64,000 bases of DNA, taken from positions 9,858,001 to 9,922,000 of the forward strand of contig NC_090349.1 in NCBI RefSeq assembly GCF_035084215.1. Reading direction: 5' to 3'. Shown one piece after another: positions 37,421 to 49,679 of this stretch. This DNA is from Heptranchias perlo. Taxonomy: Eukaryota. How positions within the stretch are numbered: position 1 is the stretch's first letter; each line of letters begins with the position of its first letter. Under the pieces are notes generated by a model that had not been told where the DNA came from, ran no database searches, and was given only the letters and a program-made list of their open reading frames with translations. Position numbers and translations under genes: made by a program.

Positions 37421-39199
37421 AGAGGACTGCTCACCTGACCTAACAGCGAACAGTCAGAGTCCAGCGGATACCTTAGTTTATCGGGCATACTTGACTGAAC
37501 AGTCGATTTTTTCATACTTGGCTTTTTATTTGTGTCTCAAATAATGGCAACGCTTCTGTTTTAAACATGCTTGCGCTGAAATTCTGCGCTCCAACTGCCG
37601 TTTACGCCGTTTCTCTGGGGCTCCACCGATCTCTTGCGGGGGAACTCCCGCGGAAATTCCAAGCGCCTGTCTTTATTTGCCCAACATCTATGTAAATGTA
37701 AGATGATCTCGGGATTGACAAGAGAGCCCCTGTACCCTCCTTGACGTTGTTGTTGAGGGTTTGCATTGGAATTACGTGTTGGTTAAGATTGATTAATGGC
37801 GAGACTGCCTGCAGTTATGTTTGAATTCACGTAAGAAGAAAAGTTATTTAAGTCCGAAGCTCGTTTCATTAATTCGACGGGGTGTGAAGGCTAACTGGAA
37901 GCTGGGACTACGTTTGGTATAACTGATACAAATTCATCAAGATACCGGCTAGGGATCACAGGTAATACACCAGAAAAGGAGACAACTGATGATGACACAC
38001 AGAAAATGAACCCAGAGGTGGAACCAGCACTTCAGGAATGAAGATCTCTGATAAAGCAGAAAAATGTCCCTAAATAACGAGATTGTCTGTCCATTAATGT
38101 TATCCCAAACAGGCGTCACATTGAAAACTTTCTAGTATTACTTTAAACGCGGATATAAACGTTAACCTCCCGAAATGTACACGGTAATCTTGGATAACGA
38201 TTGCTTTCTGTTATGTTGTTTAACCCAGCAAAAGCTCTGCTATTGCAATACTGAAATTAAGATATTGTGCTTTTACTAATGTAGATTCTGTTGACCAATG
38301 CTAAATATTGGTCATTTCGTTGCAACTATATAATTGGAATTATTAATTGGGAAACATGTAGTAGCAACAATTGTAGTGTGAGAAAATTAATTAAAGTATT
38401 TAGTGATATATCTGCTTATCCTGTCCAGCCTTTTAATATTGTGGTGAGCCAATGGTAGAATGAGGCCTCTAAGTAATACAATCCAAATCAGACTAAATTA
38501 ATTACTACAATTAGAGGCGAAGATAAGTACTGATTCATTTCTTACATATTGGTGGAGGAGGAAGCTCATCGGAGGCTCTCCAGTTAAAATGGATACATAT
38601 TGGAATTGTGCCTTCCATCTTTCCTGCAGGACAGTTCTTCCATATCTCTGGAATACTTCACCATAAAATGTAACCATCCCATTGCAAACCGCTCAGCAAA
38701 TAGCAGAATAGGGACATTTTCATTATGTTTTTTTTCTCTTTCACCTCACGTTATACCAATTCTATTAGTTTGTTTTTCCGTTTATAAGTTGAGTTTATTT
38801 TAAGCAGTGCTACTCTGCTTCATTCATCAGTTATTTGGGAGATGCGCTTTGCAGTTTAGTTAAAGCTGCTCCACAGCGACACCGCTGGTCAGAGAAGGGA
38901 CATTACTTTCAATCAGACTCCCAACGACGGTGAATCGAAACAAAATTCTTCGCTGTCTTACTGCACGTGTAGGAATGCAGCTCAATGAACGAATATAAAA
39001 TCTAATGCAGAGATTATCAGTTTATTTTAGGATTGGAGGGAATAACTGTGTATAACCTGGAATTGTGGTTAACAAAACTCTCAAGCTTCGTGTGCTCAGC
39101 ATATTTGAAGTCAGATCAATATTAATTCTTGGCAATGAATACATTGTGATACTATCCTGTTATTTAAATAGTTTCTCACTACATATGGTTACAGAGAAT

Positions 39200-40690
39200 C
39201 AAAAGGAACAGGCGTAGGCCATCCAGCCCCTCGAACTCAATTAGATCGCGGCTGCTTTGCACCTCAACTCCATCTACCCGTTTTTGTTCCATATGTCTTG
39301 ATACTCTTATCTAGCAAAAATCTATCATCTCATTCTTGAAAATTTCAACTGACCCAGCATCCACAGGCTTTGGGGGATCGAGTTGCAGATTTCAACTACC
39401 CTTTGTGTGAAAAAGTGCTTCCTGATTTCACTCCAAAAAGGCCTAGCTCTGATTTTAAGATTATGCCCTCTTCTTCTGGATTTCCTCAGGAGAGGAAATA
39501 GTTTCTCTGTGTCCACCCTATAGAACCCCTTAACCAATTTAAATGCTTCGATTAGATCACTCGTCAACCTTTAACACTCAAGGGAGTACAAACCACGCTT
39601 ATGCAACCTGTCCTCATAATTTAACCTTTTAAGTCCTGGCATAATTCTAGTGAATCTGTGCTGTACTCCTTCCAAGGCCAATATATCCTTCCTGAGGTGC
39701 GGTGCCCAAAACTGAATGCAGTACTCCAGATGAGGTTTGACCAAGGCTCTGTGCAACGGAAGCATTACTTCCTTACTTTTGAATTCCAATCCCCTTGTGG
39801 TAAAGGCCAACATTCCATTAGCCTTATTGATTACTTTGTGTACCTATACACTTTTTTTTAGTAATTTGTGTACACCGACACCCTTTGTTCATCCATAGCT
39901 CCTAGTCTCTCACCACTAAGAAAATATTCTAACTTGTCTTGCTCAGATTCAAAGTGGATGACCTCCCGCTTCCCCACATTGTACTCCATTTGCCATAATT
40001 TTGCCCATTCACTTACTCTATTTATATAACTTTTTTTGCCCATCCACACAACTTACTGTGCTTCCTAACTTAGTGTCATCTGCACACTGGTATATACAAC
40101 TCTCTATTCCTTCATCCAAGTTTTTAATGTATATGGTGAAAAGCTGAGGCCCCAGAACGGATCCCTGGGGAAAACCACTTGTCACATCCAGCCAATGAGA
40201 GAAGGAACCCTTTATCCCCACTCTCTGTGTCCTACCTCCTAACCAATTACCAACCCATATCTTCAAATAATGCCTCACTGTTCTGGACTCACCCACAAGT
40301 GGAATCAATTTCTCCTCGTCCATCCTATGGAACCTCTTCATAAATTGAAAGCCCTCTATCAAATCTCCTCAGTCTTCTATTTTCCAGAGAAAACTTTTCC
40401 TTTCATTTTTCCCGATTGTTCCATCCTCCCAATTCTGGTAACATCCTTGTAAATCTTTCCTGCATTTTCTCCAGTACTTCAATATCATTTTTGTACTACG
40501 GAGACCAGAACTGAGCACAGACCTCATAGTGTGGTCTAGCCTAGTTTCTATATAAATGTAACATTATTTCCTCGCTTTTGTATTTTATTCCGCTAGAAAT
40601 GCGCTCCACTACTTTGTTTGCACTTTTTATGTCCTTATCAACTCGTGGTGCCACTTTTAGCGATTTATGTATCTCTGTTACCAAATCCGC
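39200..40690 (-). mobile_element. CR1 fragments (at least two)
   Basis: FPQGSVLGP, ADDTKL, LEYCIQFW, FFTQRVV remnants. Confidence 0.85.
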
Positions 40691-41319
40691 CTGAACAAAG
40701 AAGATTATGTATTAAAGGGATACCGAGTTTGTGACTAGTGTGAAAGCGAATTCAAAAAAACGGGTCTCTTATCTGGGCTGGTTTCAGAAAAGGCGTCGGT
40801 GAATCTGCAGTTATGATGATTTGAGTTGCGGCTAATAGCACCTGCTTCAATGTAACGATTATTTACCAATGTTTAAAGGAATCGGGTCGTTTTGAAAAAA
40901 TCTTGCAATGCCAGACACTCTACCGCGCTAGGTCCGGTGTATCCAAAAGGAAGGGGGTCACAGAGTTCGCCCTGAATTTGTGTAACCAGATGTTTTAGAA
41001 GAATTTACATGTCGGACTTTGAATTGTTGTCATAAACAAGGACACATGGTTCAGCTCCTTCTCCACGGGGACAAAATTCAGATAGGTCGATTTTTAAAAG
41101 TACATTGTAAGATTCTTCTCACGAAAAGTCAAACTATAATTATCCATTGTGTCTGTAATCTCACTATTCCAACTGATTTCATTGACTTTACATACAATGT
41201 GCAGAATGTCACTAAGAATAAAACCCCATCATTCAGTCCAATTTAGAAAGCTACAATGGATTGGTACAGAGATATCGGACAGAAAAGAATAACAGCAGCT
41301 GGGATAATGGAAGAATCAT

Positions 41320-41325
41320 TTTATT
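41320..41325 (-). terminator. IgL polyadenylation signal AATAAA
   Basis: TTTATT on +, about 175 nt downstream of the C-exon stop. Confidence 0.65.
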
Positions 41326-41499
41326 ACACTGCGGTATTTGTAACGTTACAGCCAGCGTGTTCCAGCGGACAAATTGCACATCTGCTGTTGTGATTTCAAA
41401 TGGTCCACTTAAAATCAAACATTTAGTATCTGAAATCGGAATTTAATTTGAAAGAAACTTTACTAATGACAAAATAAATCAATACATAAGATTCTTGAA

Positions 41500-41822
41500 T
41501 CAGATACAGCTGGATCTCGCAATACTTGTTTGAAGCGGGTTTGCCTGAGTCTCGTGTTTAACCACACAGGAGTAAAGCTCGTGTGAGTTCCAGTCTGAGG
41601 CTGCCAGAGTCAGATAACTGCTCGCACTGAACGTGTTGTCCGTCTCCTGCTGGACCCGACTGGTCTCAACATCATTCCCTCTGACACTGCCATCTACAGT
41701 CCACTCAATCTCCACAGCACCCGGGTTGAAACCGCTCACCAAACACACCAGGGTCGCCTTGTTCTTTTTCGTTATTTGATCCGATGAAGGCGGGAGGACG
41801 GATACCGAGGGGGCCCGCGGAT
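41500..41822 (-). CDS. Immunoglobulin light chain constant exon, lambda/type II (NS3-like)
   Basis: PRAPSVSVLPPSSDQ...ATLVCLVSGFNPG..IEWTVDG...YLTL...YSCVVKHE...SSCI*; acceptor ttttcAG at 41823-41824; penultimate Cys. Confidence 0.95.
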
Positions 41823-42204
41823 CTGAAAAATAAAAATAAATGAAAGAAGATCCAATCTTAATTGACATAAAAAGTCGTAATCAATGTTTTAATTTCTTCA
41901 AATCGTTTAAAATTCGGATATACTCTACAAAGGTATGAGGAATGTAACACAACGGAACCTCATTAGTATCAATTGTACAATGACAGGAGCCCGCAGTTAT
42001 AGAAAATATAGAACCTGAGAACATTTTCCGATTTTTCGTACATGGAAAGGAAAAAATAAAAATTATTTAAATGAAATACAATCTAATCTCATTGAATACA
42101 CTATAATATGAATTTAATAGCACTCCTCAAAGACAAATTTCTTTCAATTTTTGTGCCATTTCCTTTTCCCATTAAAGTTTAACACGTCACTAAGAATATT
42201 TCCA

Positions 42205-42692
42205 CATTTCATAGAATCATAGATTCTTACAGCACAGAAGGAGGCCACTCGGCCCATTGTGCCTGTGACGCCTCTTTTAAAGATCCATCCAATTAATCCC
42301 ACTCCCTTGCTCTGTTCCCAAAGCACTGCAATTGTTTCCTTTTCAAGTATATATCCAATTCCCTTTTGAATGATGCTGTTGAATCTGCTTCCATCACCCT
42401 TTCAGGTAGTTCATTTCAGATCATACCAGCTGGCGGTGTAAAAAAATCCTCCTCACCTTCCTTGGTTCTTTTGTCAATTATCTTCAATCTGTGTCCTTTG
42501 GTTATCGACCTGCTTGCCAGTGGAAACATTTTCTACCTATCTATTCTATCAAAACTCTTCAAATTTTGAACACCTCTGTTATATCCCCCCTTAACCTTCT
42601 CTGCTCTAAGGAAAACAATCCCAGTTTCTCGACATAACTGAAATCCCTCATCCCTTGTACCATTCCAGTAAATCTCTGCGCCCTCTCCAAGG
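42205..42692 (-). mobile_element. CR1 3' fragment in the J-C intron
   Basis: LGLFSLEQRRLRGD plus HER1-type tail. Confidence 0.85.
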
Positions 42693-43304
42693 ACTTGAAA
42701 TCACATTTGTGAAAGAAAGGGGTTAGAAAATAATAAAAACATAAAAATAACACTGGGACACATTATTGCATTCAAACGTCGGATGCAATCTGTCACAGAC
42801 ATTGCTGATGATTTAAATGAAACGTAAAAAGCAATAAATCAGAAATTGGGGTAAATATTGGAACCAATGTTGACTAGGAAGATACTGTAATAATCAGCTC
42901 AAAACGCTCGATTCTAATCGATTGAATGTTAATCTCGATTATTTGCTTCTGTCTCCAGTTTGCACTACTTTTGACGGAAGTGGTACATTTTCGACTAATA
43001 TTTAGATTTCTGTACAATCACTGCCACGGCCGCTCTGCTCGGCTCATCGTTTCCACGAGGTTTCCCGCCCCTGTCCGATGGTGACTATCTTGTGTAAAAC
43101 TTTAAAAGACTGTCGGGATAATTAGACCACAATCGAAATACGCAGTTTGGAGACATCTCTGGGGTCAGAGTGTCACAAGAGATACTTTTTCACTGAAGAG
43201 AAATAGTTTCCAACAAGTAAGGTATGTTACTGGTAAAAATTATATCTATATTATACAATAATATCCCAACAATAACCTCAACGTGAAAGTAATAATGCCC
43301 AAAA

Positions 43305-43530
43305 TGTCCCTGCCAGTAGTTATCCCTCAACCAACACCACTAAAGCAGATGATCTAGTCATTATCAGACTGCTTCATGTGGGATCTTGCTGTGCGCAAAT
43401 TGGCTGCCGCCAATTGCTAACATTGCAACAGTGACTATACTTCAAAAGTACTTCCTTGGCTGTGAAGCGCTTTGAGACGTCCTGAGGCCGTGGTAGGCGC
43501 TATTTCAATGCATATTTGTTCTTTCTTTTC
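43305..43530 (+). mobile_element. DeuSINE-type SINE fragment in the J-C intron
   Basis: Same family as 935-1202. Confidence 0.75.
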
Positions 43531-45621
43531 TTTTTCATTATTAAATCGAAGTATCCCAATGATAGTAACAATGAAATATAACCCAGTGTAAGAATGTTGA
43601 AGACGGAATGTCACAATCTCCTCTCTCTTTAAATGACAGTTCGCACCGACTACGAGTTACAAGCTCCAGCTGCCAATGACAAACCTCGGTAAAATGGTTT
43701 ATGTAATGAAAGGCACGGAAGAAAAGGTTGAAACAATATTATTTTTTTCAATCATAGAATTAGAGGCTGGGCCGCTACAAATGGTTCTGGGATTGGGGTG
43801 TCGTGTCAGCTGTAGCGGCGCGTGGGTCAGTTTAACAATCTCTTGCTATTCTGAGTCTTTCGACTTGCAACCGACAACTTCGCCCTCCTTTCTTTGGAGA
43901 CTGAAATTGTGAGTAGTCCAAACAAGAGCCACCAACCCCCATTATTACAGTAAAATCTCCCTGCAGCACTCGGAGTTTGGCTGAAGTTTCTGATACTGAA
44001 ATGTCTGGAGTCCCATAGGATTATTGAGCAGGTTTTCCTGTCACTTTAAATTATTGTCTAAACGCCTAGAGTTTGACAGTGAAATCCCTTTACACTGGTT
44101 TGGACTGGAATTTGTAGCAGAGATAAATTCTTAATCGTACAGCTGATATTATAATCGAAGATTTTTGCTCTGTTTTATCTTATGTTAGCCCATTTCATCA
44201 TGATGTAGACAAATAACCACGTTAAAATAGCGACAGAGTATCCGCATTTTCTGTAATATTACTCCTCTCACTTACGCAAATCACAGAACCCGCAGCAAAG
44301 CGCAACGGAGTGAATACAAAAGTAGGTATAAAAATCTGAAAACCTATTCCGAGACTTTATTCACACAAAATTGATCTGATAGGAAGATAATGAGCCGGTG
44401 GCTTGTTAAAAATTAGACATCCGGCTAATCATTGATGATAATTACTGTGTGAAGAAAACCGACCAGTGTTAATGATTATTTCTCGCTGACTCAGCGCAAC
44501 AGTATGATTACTGCAGTCATCGGGGATTAATACGAAATGAAGGACTGAGAATCTTGTACTGAATGGTTTTCGCTGAGTTGGGAGACGAGTGGAGGAGAGT
44601 TAGAGGAAGTCGCCACATTATCCGCCAGCAGAATCAATCCGAAAATGATTAAATCGCGGCAATGTTTGAATGGGATTGTAAATTATTTCGTGTGAAACTT
44701 TTGAATTAGCTTTTCGCCTTTTACCAACAACTGATTCCAGCGGGGCCATCAGGGCCATGTGTGAACCAGTCTGAAAGGATATGTGGGACAGATAGCATCA
44801 CAGAATTGTACAGCTCAGAATGAGGCGGATCGCGCCCGCGCCAGCTCTTTGAAAGACATGTCCACTTAGTCCATTTCCCAGACAGCTTTTGCCCTTTTTC
44901 AAATGGCCTTCCCTTTGAATCGCTACCATGGATTCTGCTCGCACCACTCTTACAGGCAGGACACTGAACGTCTGAACAGTCCCGACGTTAAAGAAAATAT
45001 CCTAATCTTCCCCTTCGTTCTTTTAGTAATGTAACTAAGTTTATGTCCTCCGGTTACCGACTGGCCGATCAGTAAAAATATTTTTTTTTTATTTGCTGTA
45101 AGAAAATGATTCATAATTCCGAACATTTTCTGCAGAATACACCGTAAGCTTATAATAAAAATAGCTTCTCTCGTCTCCTCTCATAACTACAACTTGACAG
45201 TACGGATATCATCTTAATAAATGACTCCTGTACCCTTTCCAAGGCCTTCACACCCTCCCTAAAGTCGAGAGTCTTTTGTACCTGGCTATCTCTTCAATAT
45301 CACTGGACGTTGATTCACACGCTCTATATCAATATATTTTAAGGGTAATAATTTTGATTTAAACGAACTCAATCGACCAAACAAATTATTTTAATATATG
45401 ATTTTTGGTATTTCTTCCGTAATGTTGCCAATGTTAGGGGACAGTTTGGTGAGCGCTTTGGATACGGAATAGAGAAATAGTGATTGTCGCTGTAATCACC
45501 ACGAGAGAGTCGGACACAGATATGTTTTGAACCAGGGAACTTCGACTAAAAAAATTAAACCAAAAATCGAAAACTGGTAGCTGACAAATCCCAAGTTGCA
45601 CATTACGAATACTTTACTTAC

Positions 45622-45969
45622 TGCCCAGATTCAGCTTGGTTCCTCTCCCGAAAATGAATGCAACGCTACTGCTAAGCCTGACAGCACAGTAATAATCGGC
45701 GGCGTCCTCGGATTGCACGTTGGTGATGGTTAAATGCATCTTGTTGGTCGACGAGTCCACAGATCCGGTGAATCGATCTGGAATCCCCGGCCCTCTGGTG
45801 GAGCTCTGATACCAAACAAACACAGGGGCACTGCCGGGTTTCTGCCAGTACCAGCTCGTGTAGTAGCTGCTGATGCTGCCTCCGGACAGGGTACAGGTGA
45901 TCTTGACGGTTTTGCCCGGGGTGGTTGAGATGGACGTTTCCTGATTCAGGACAGCATCCGCGTTTGTAC
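45622..45969 (-). CDS. Germline-joined VL-JL exon of the lambda/type II light chain
   Basis: VLNQ..C..WY..YYC then AVRLSSSVAFI-FGRGTKLNL in one frame, no RSS; AG acceptor at 45970-45971, GTAAGT donor. Confidence 0.95.
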
Positions 45970-46103
45970 CTGGTGAAATAAGAAGTGATTGATCAGTCAC
46001 ACTGTGAAATTCTGAATATTCTGATCTGTTCAACACAAAAAAACAATAAAAAATCAGGGCAATGTAAGATACAGCGATATTGAAGGTTAAGTTCTATACT
46101 TAC

Positions 46104-46152
46104 TGTGGAGAAAGAGCATCAGTGTTACGAGAAGTCGAACCCATTTAGTCAT
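46104..46152 (-). CDS. IgL leader exon MTKWVRLLVTLMLFLH-S
   Basis: 49 nt, phase-1 GTAAGT donor, hydrophobic, in phase with the V exon. Confidence 0.9.
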
Positions 46153-46224
46153 TATGAAGGTTTTGGTGATGGTCAGAAGCATAATGTTTCCTGACATGAA
46201 CGTGGCTCTGGGCTCTTTCTAAAC

Positions 46225-46341
46225 CTCCTTAAGAAGTTTCAAACATTGCAACGTCACTGTGTATTAATTATTCATGCAAATCTCCCTCCACGTAACACGG
46301 CGCTGTTGGATCCCAGGTACTCCGCTGACTACTATTTGCAT
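46225..46341 (-). promoter_or_regulatory. IgL promoter with two octamers
   Basis: ATTTGCAT on the coding strand at 46274-46281 (light-chain orientation); second, inverted octamer at 46334-46341; TTAA TATA-like site ~46229. Confidence 0.8.
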
Positions 46342-46379
46342 AATGCTCATAGAACACAACATGGGGATGTTTGAATACA

Positions 46380-46900
46380 GCAAAAGAAAAGCTGCGGTGA
46401 AATAGGGGGGAGCGATTCGGTGACTCCAGGCTTGGGTTTTAGAAGCCTGAAGTTTGCAATAGAGAGAAAAGGCTGTGGGCGGCAAGATGTTGAATAGCTT
46501 TGGGGTCCTCAGAAAGAATGAATTAGAGGAGAGCGTGAGAAGAGTTTGGATTTGAACACAACAAAGAGTTAAGGAGGTGGAACAGCGCGCAAGGGGGGTG
46601 TATTTGGGATTTAGGGGAACAATTTCGGAAAGTTCGCACTTGCCTTCTTTCACATATGCGACCATATATTCAATGTATCCCTTGAAATTTGGAAGTTCAG
46701 TTGCTTCTGCATACAGCGTTGAGCGTTGACTTCGTTCACACCAGGGGACGGGTATGTCAAAACAGCATCATTTTCAACAGTTTTAATATATAGGATCAAA
46801 CATGAGTGAATAATTGATTGACTATTCAGCAGACACGCGTTGACATTTCATGCCTCCACAATCATTATTCCAACATGTAGACTATCACACTCAGCGGCGC
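46380..46900 (-). mobile_element. Ancient LINE ORF2 C-terminal remnant abutting the IgL promoter
   Basis: SNSFFLRTPKLFNILPP resembles the SFF.R...WN.LP end motif of CR1/L2-group ORF2. Confidence 0.45.
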
Positions 46901-48206
46901 AATTCATGAGGGCAGCTGAAATAACCGACATTTCCCTAAAAATAATTGATCTATCCGAGTTTGAATCCCGCCCAATTTGAAGGGATCAACGTATGCTCTC
47001 TGCTGACCCGAAGCATATGACTTGTACCGTGTTAGGAGTTGTTTGGTGCACTCGTTAGTGAGCTGAATCAACAGCACAAGTAGACCATGACAAGACAAAT
47101 TATAACGACATTGACAATCTCTCCCAGAGACCCAAAAGACTTTTGGAAATTATAAATGCCACATTAGTGCAGTAGAGATACTGCTATGACGTTGGTTTAG
47201 AATACGGGAGGGTAATAATTCCCTTGGTCGTTTTTTTGTAGCAACATTAGGTTGAAAGTTCTGTATGTTTTTATTTTTCAGAGAAATCAGAAATGCATCT
47301 CATTTAGAACCTGCTTAGAATTTACTGGAAATTACGGAGCTGATGAAATCTTCACTGATACATTTACAATGTCGCTACAAATAGCTTAATTTATGGTTTG
47401 TAAAGCTACGCACAATACACTAACACCTTGCGTGAGAATTGCTCTGGTCGCAAATGTTTGTGTAGAATTATTTACTTTTTCTGGAAACACTGAACAAGGG
47501 AAATCTTCACCATTGTATTGAGCATCCCTTACACATAGTGACCAGAGGAAGTCACAACCCATCGTGTCAATAGGGTGCTTGAGCGACACCGAACGTTCAC
47601 AAGAGCGAAACCTGAAGCCACCAATGCCACACTTCACAGGCCCACGTGAGCTGATTTACGGATACTCCTACGTAATTATGCGGCATGTCCAACACAGACA
47701 GGACGAGGCTTATAACTGTTCGGTTGATCTGATTGGTTTAGGGATAATTGTCCAATCTCACTGGCCTTGACGTGCATTCTTCTGTTATAATCTTTTATTT
47801 TCCACAGTTTGCTTTTAAAATGTGTAAACGACTGAGGGAATCAATCGACAAAGCAGGCGAATAGACATTTTTACACCGAACATTTTGCAGGTGAAGATGA
47901 GGATTGTGCTGCAGTTGAATCCATCTCTACTGACAAACTGGTTAAAGTTTTCTGAATTTGGCACTCATTGTATCTTTAATCTTCTTAAATTAAACATACG
48001 TTTATATATCAAGTTCAGTCAGCTTGTATATGTTAACGTTGCGTGGTATCCCGGGAGGGGAGAAGTCACACAGTGATTTTGTATGGCACTGTTGAGAGCC
48101 ACTTGGAGGGAATTGTGGATTGCCAATGACGACATCCAACAGCGGATCTGCCTTCCTCTAGGAAACTGGGTGTGTTTTTATCTACCCAATATCTAGGAAA
48201 ATGCAA

Positions 48207-48562
48207 TGTGACCCAGGGATTGACCGAAGCAGCCTTGTACCAGTACTGGCGTGACCTCCTAATCCGTTTGTAGGCCGATGAAAATACATTGATCTGAAAT
48301 TAGCTCAGGCTGTAAACTAACAGGCAAATTTATTTAACGTTAAACAGATAATTGAACAGTACTCAGCATTGATACATACAGCAGTTTACACATTCCCAGT
48401 CCTCCTCCAAGTCTTTTCCAGTGCGGCAGTCTGGATGCTCGCTTTCAACTCCCTATCCGGCTTCTGAGAAAAAGCCAGCCTCATATATATTTAACATCCT
48501 TTGAAGCTATACGAAACAAAGAGCATTAAAAACCAAATATCTCTAATTATATTAGACTTACA
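48207..48562 (-). mobile_element. Possible solo LTR
   Basis: TG...CA ends; minus-strand TATATA then AATAAA; flanks GCAA/GCAT (imperfect TSD). Confidence 0.4.
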
Positions 48563-48749
48563 GCATTCACAGGTTGTCAGTAGGTAGGATGTTTGTCCAC
48601 ACAAATGCTTCTGCCAATATAAGTTTCAAACATTTTTTTCGGCCTGTCTGCCTGTACCTGGCCAATGTGTCAGGCTGACCCAGTTGAACAGAACAAAATG
48701 TAAATAGCTTCTGAGTGATACCGTTCGTATCTGGGTCTGTAATATATCA

Positions 48750-49260
48750 CAACAACTTGCATTTATATAGCGCCAATAAAATAGGTAAATATCCCAAGGC
48801 ACTTCATGGGGGCATGATGGAAAAAATGGACACTGAGCCAAAAAGGATAGATTAAGAAGCTTAGTCAAAGAGGTGAGTCTCAAAGAGGGTCTTGAAAGAG
48901 GAGAAAGAGAGGTGGCGAAGCGGAGGGGTTTGTTGAGGAATTCCAGGGAGTGGGAATTCGGAGGCTGAAGGCACAGCCACCAAGGTGGGGTAATGGGAAA
49001 GTGGGATGCATCAGAGGCTAGAGTCAGAGGAATAGGGAGCTAGAGGGGATTGTAAGGCTCGAGGAGGTTACAGAATTAGAGAAGGGCGAGGCCGTGGAGG
49101 AATTTAAAAACAAGAATTGGAGCAAGAGTTTTATGTGAGCTGAAGTTAATGGAGGGTGGAAGATGGGAGGCCATCCAGGAGAGTGAAGTAATTGAGTCTG
49201 GAGGTGACGATGGTATGTTTGAGGGCTTCAGTGGCAGATGAGCGGAGGTAAGGTCAGACA
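48750..49260 (-). mobile_element. L2 LINE 3' fragment
   Basis: Same tail family as 33715 and 58770. Confidence 0.65.
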
Positions 49261-49679
49261 CAGCTAACAGTGACCAGGAATTAGGAAATCAATGGATAAT
49301 TTTACAGAGAAAGATATTTTACTTTTGTCACATCATGCCTCATTATTGAAAGGTCCAATGTATTCCAACCCAGTGCCTTACTTGGAGGTTCCATGCACAC
49401 TGTGCGTGACAGGCCATCCTGCCTGGCGCCTGCCGATCATCCAACGCATCAGGATTCCATGGGCCACATGACAGCAGACATGCTAATTTTAAGCCGAGCC
49501 CGGGACAAGGTGTGGTGTTGAACTATTTTCGGGCCATCTCTAAGCAGACAAGAGCATGTTTCGTAGATAGACTATCTCTTTAAACTTGAACTGTGCCACA
49601 GGTTTGAGTTCTTTCTCTGCCGTCCCCCAATCCATTGGGTGTGGTCATTTAGCTGCACCTCCTTCAGTCCCACTTTTTT

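Noticed and set aside
38873-38890. CTCF-like site CAGCGACACCGCTGG between GP1BB and IgL
   Set aside because: One base short of the core spacing; not supportable without a PWM scan or ChIP
45685-45691. Cryptic heptamer TACTGTG at V FR3 as a V-replacement signal
   Set aside because: Explained by the Tyr-Cys-Ala codons; no nonamer found
46000-46045. RSS heptamer CACAGTG/CACTGTG in the IgL leader intron
   Set aside because: No nonamer at 12 or 23 spacing on either strand; the A-rich tract is 28 nt away
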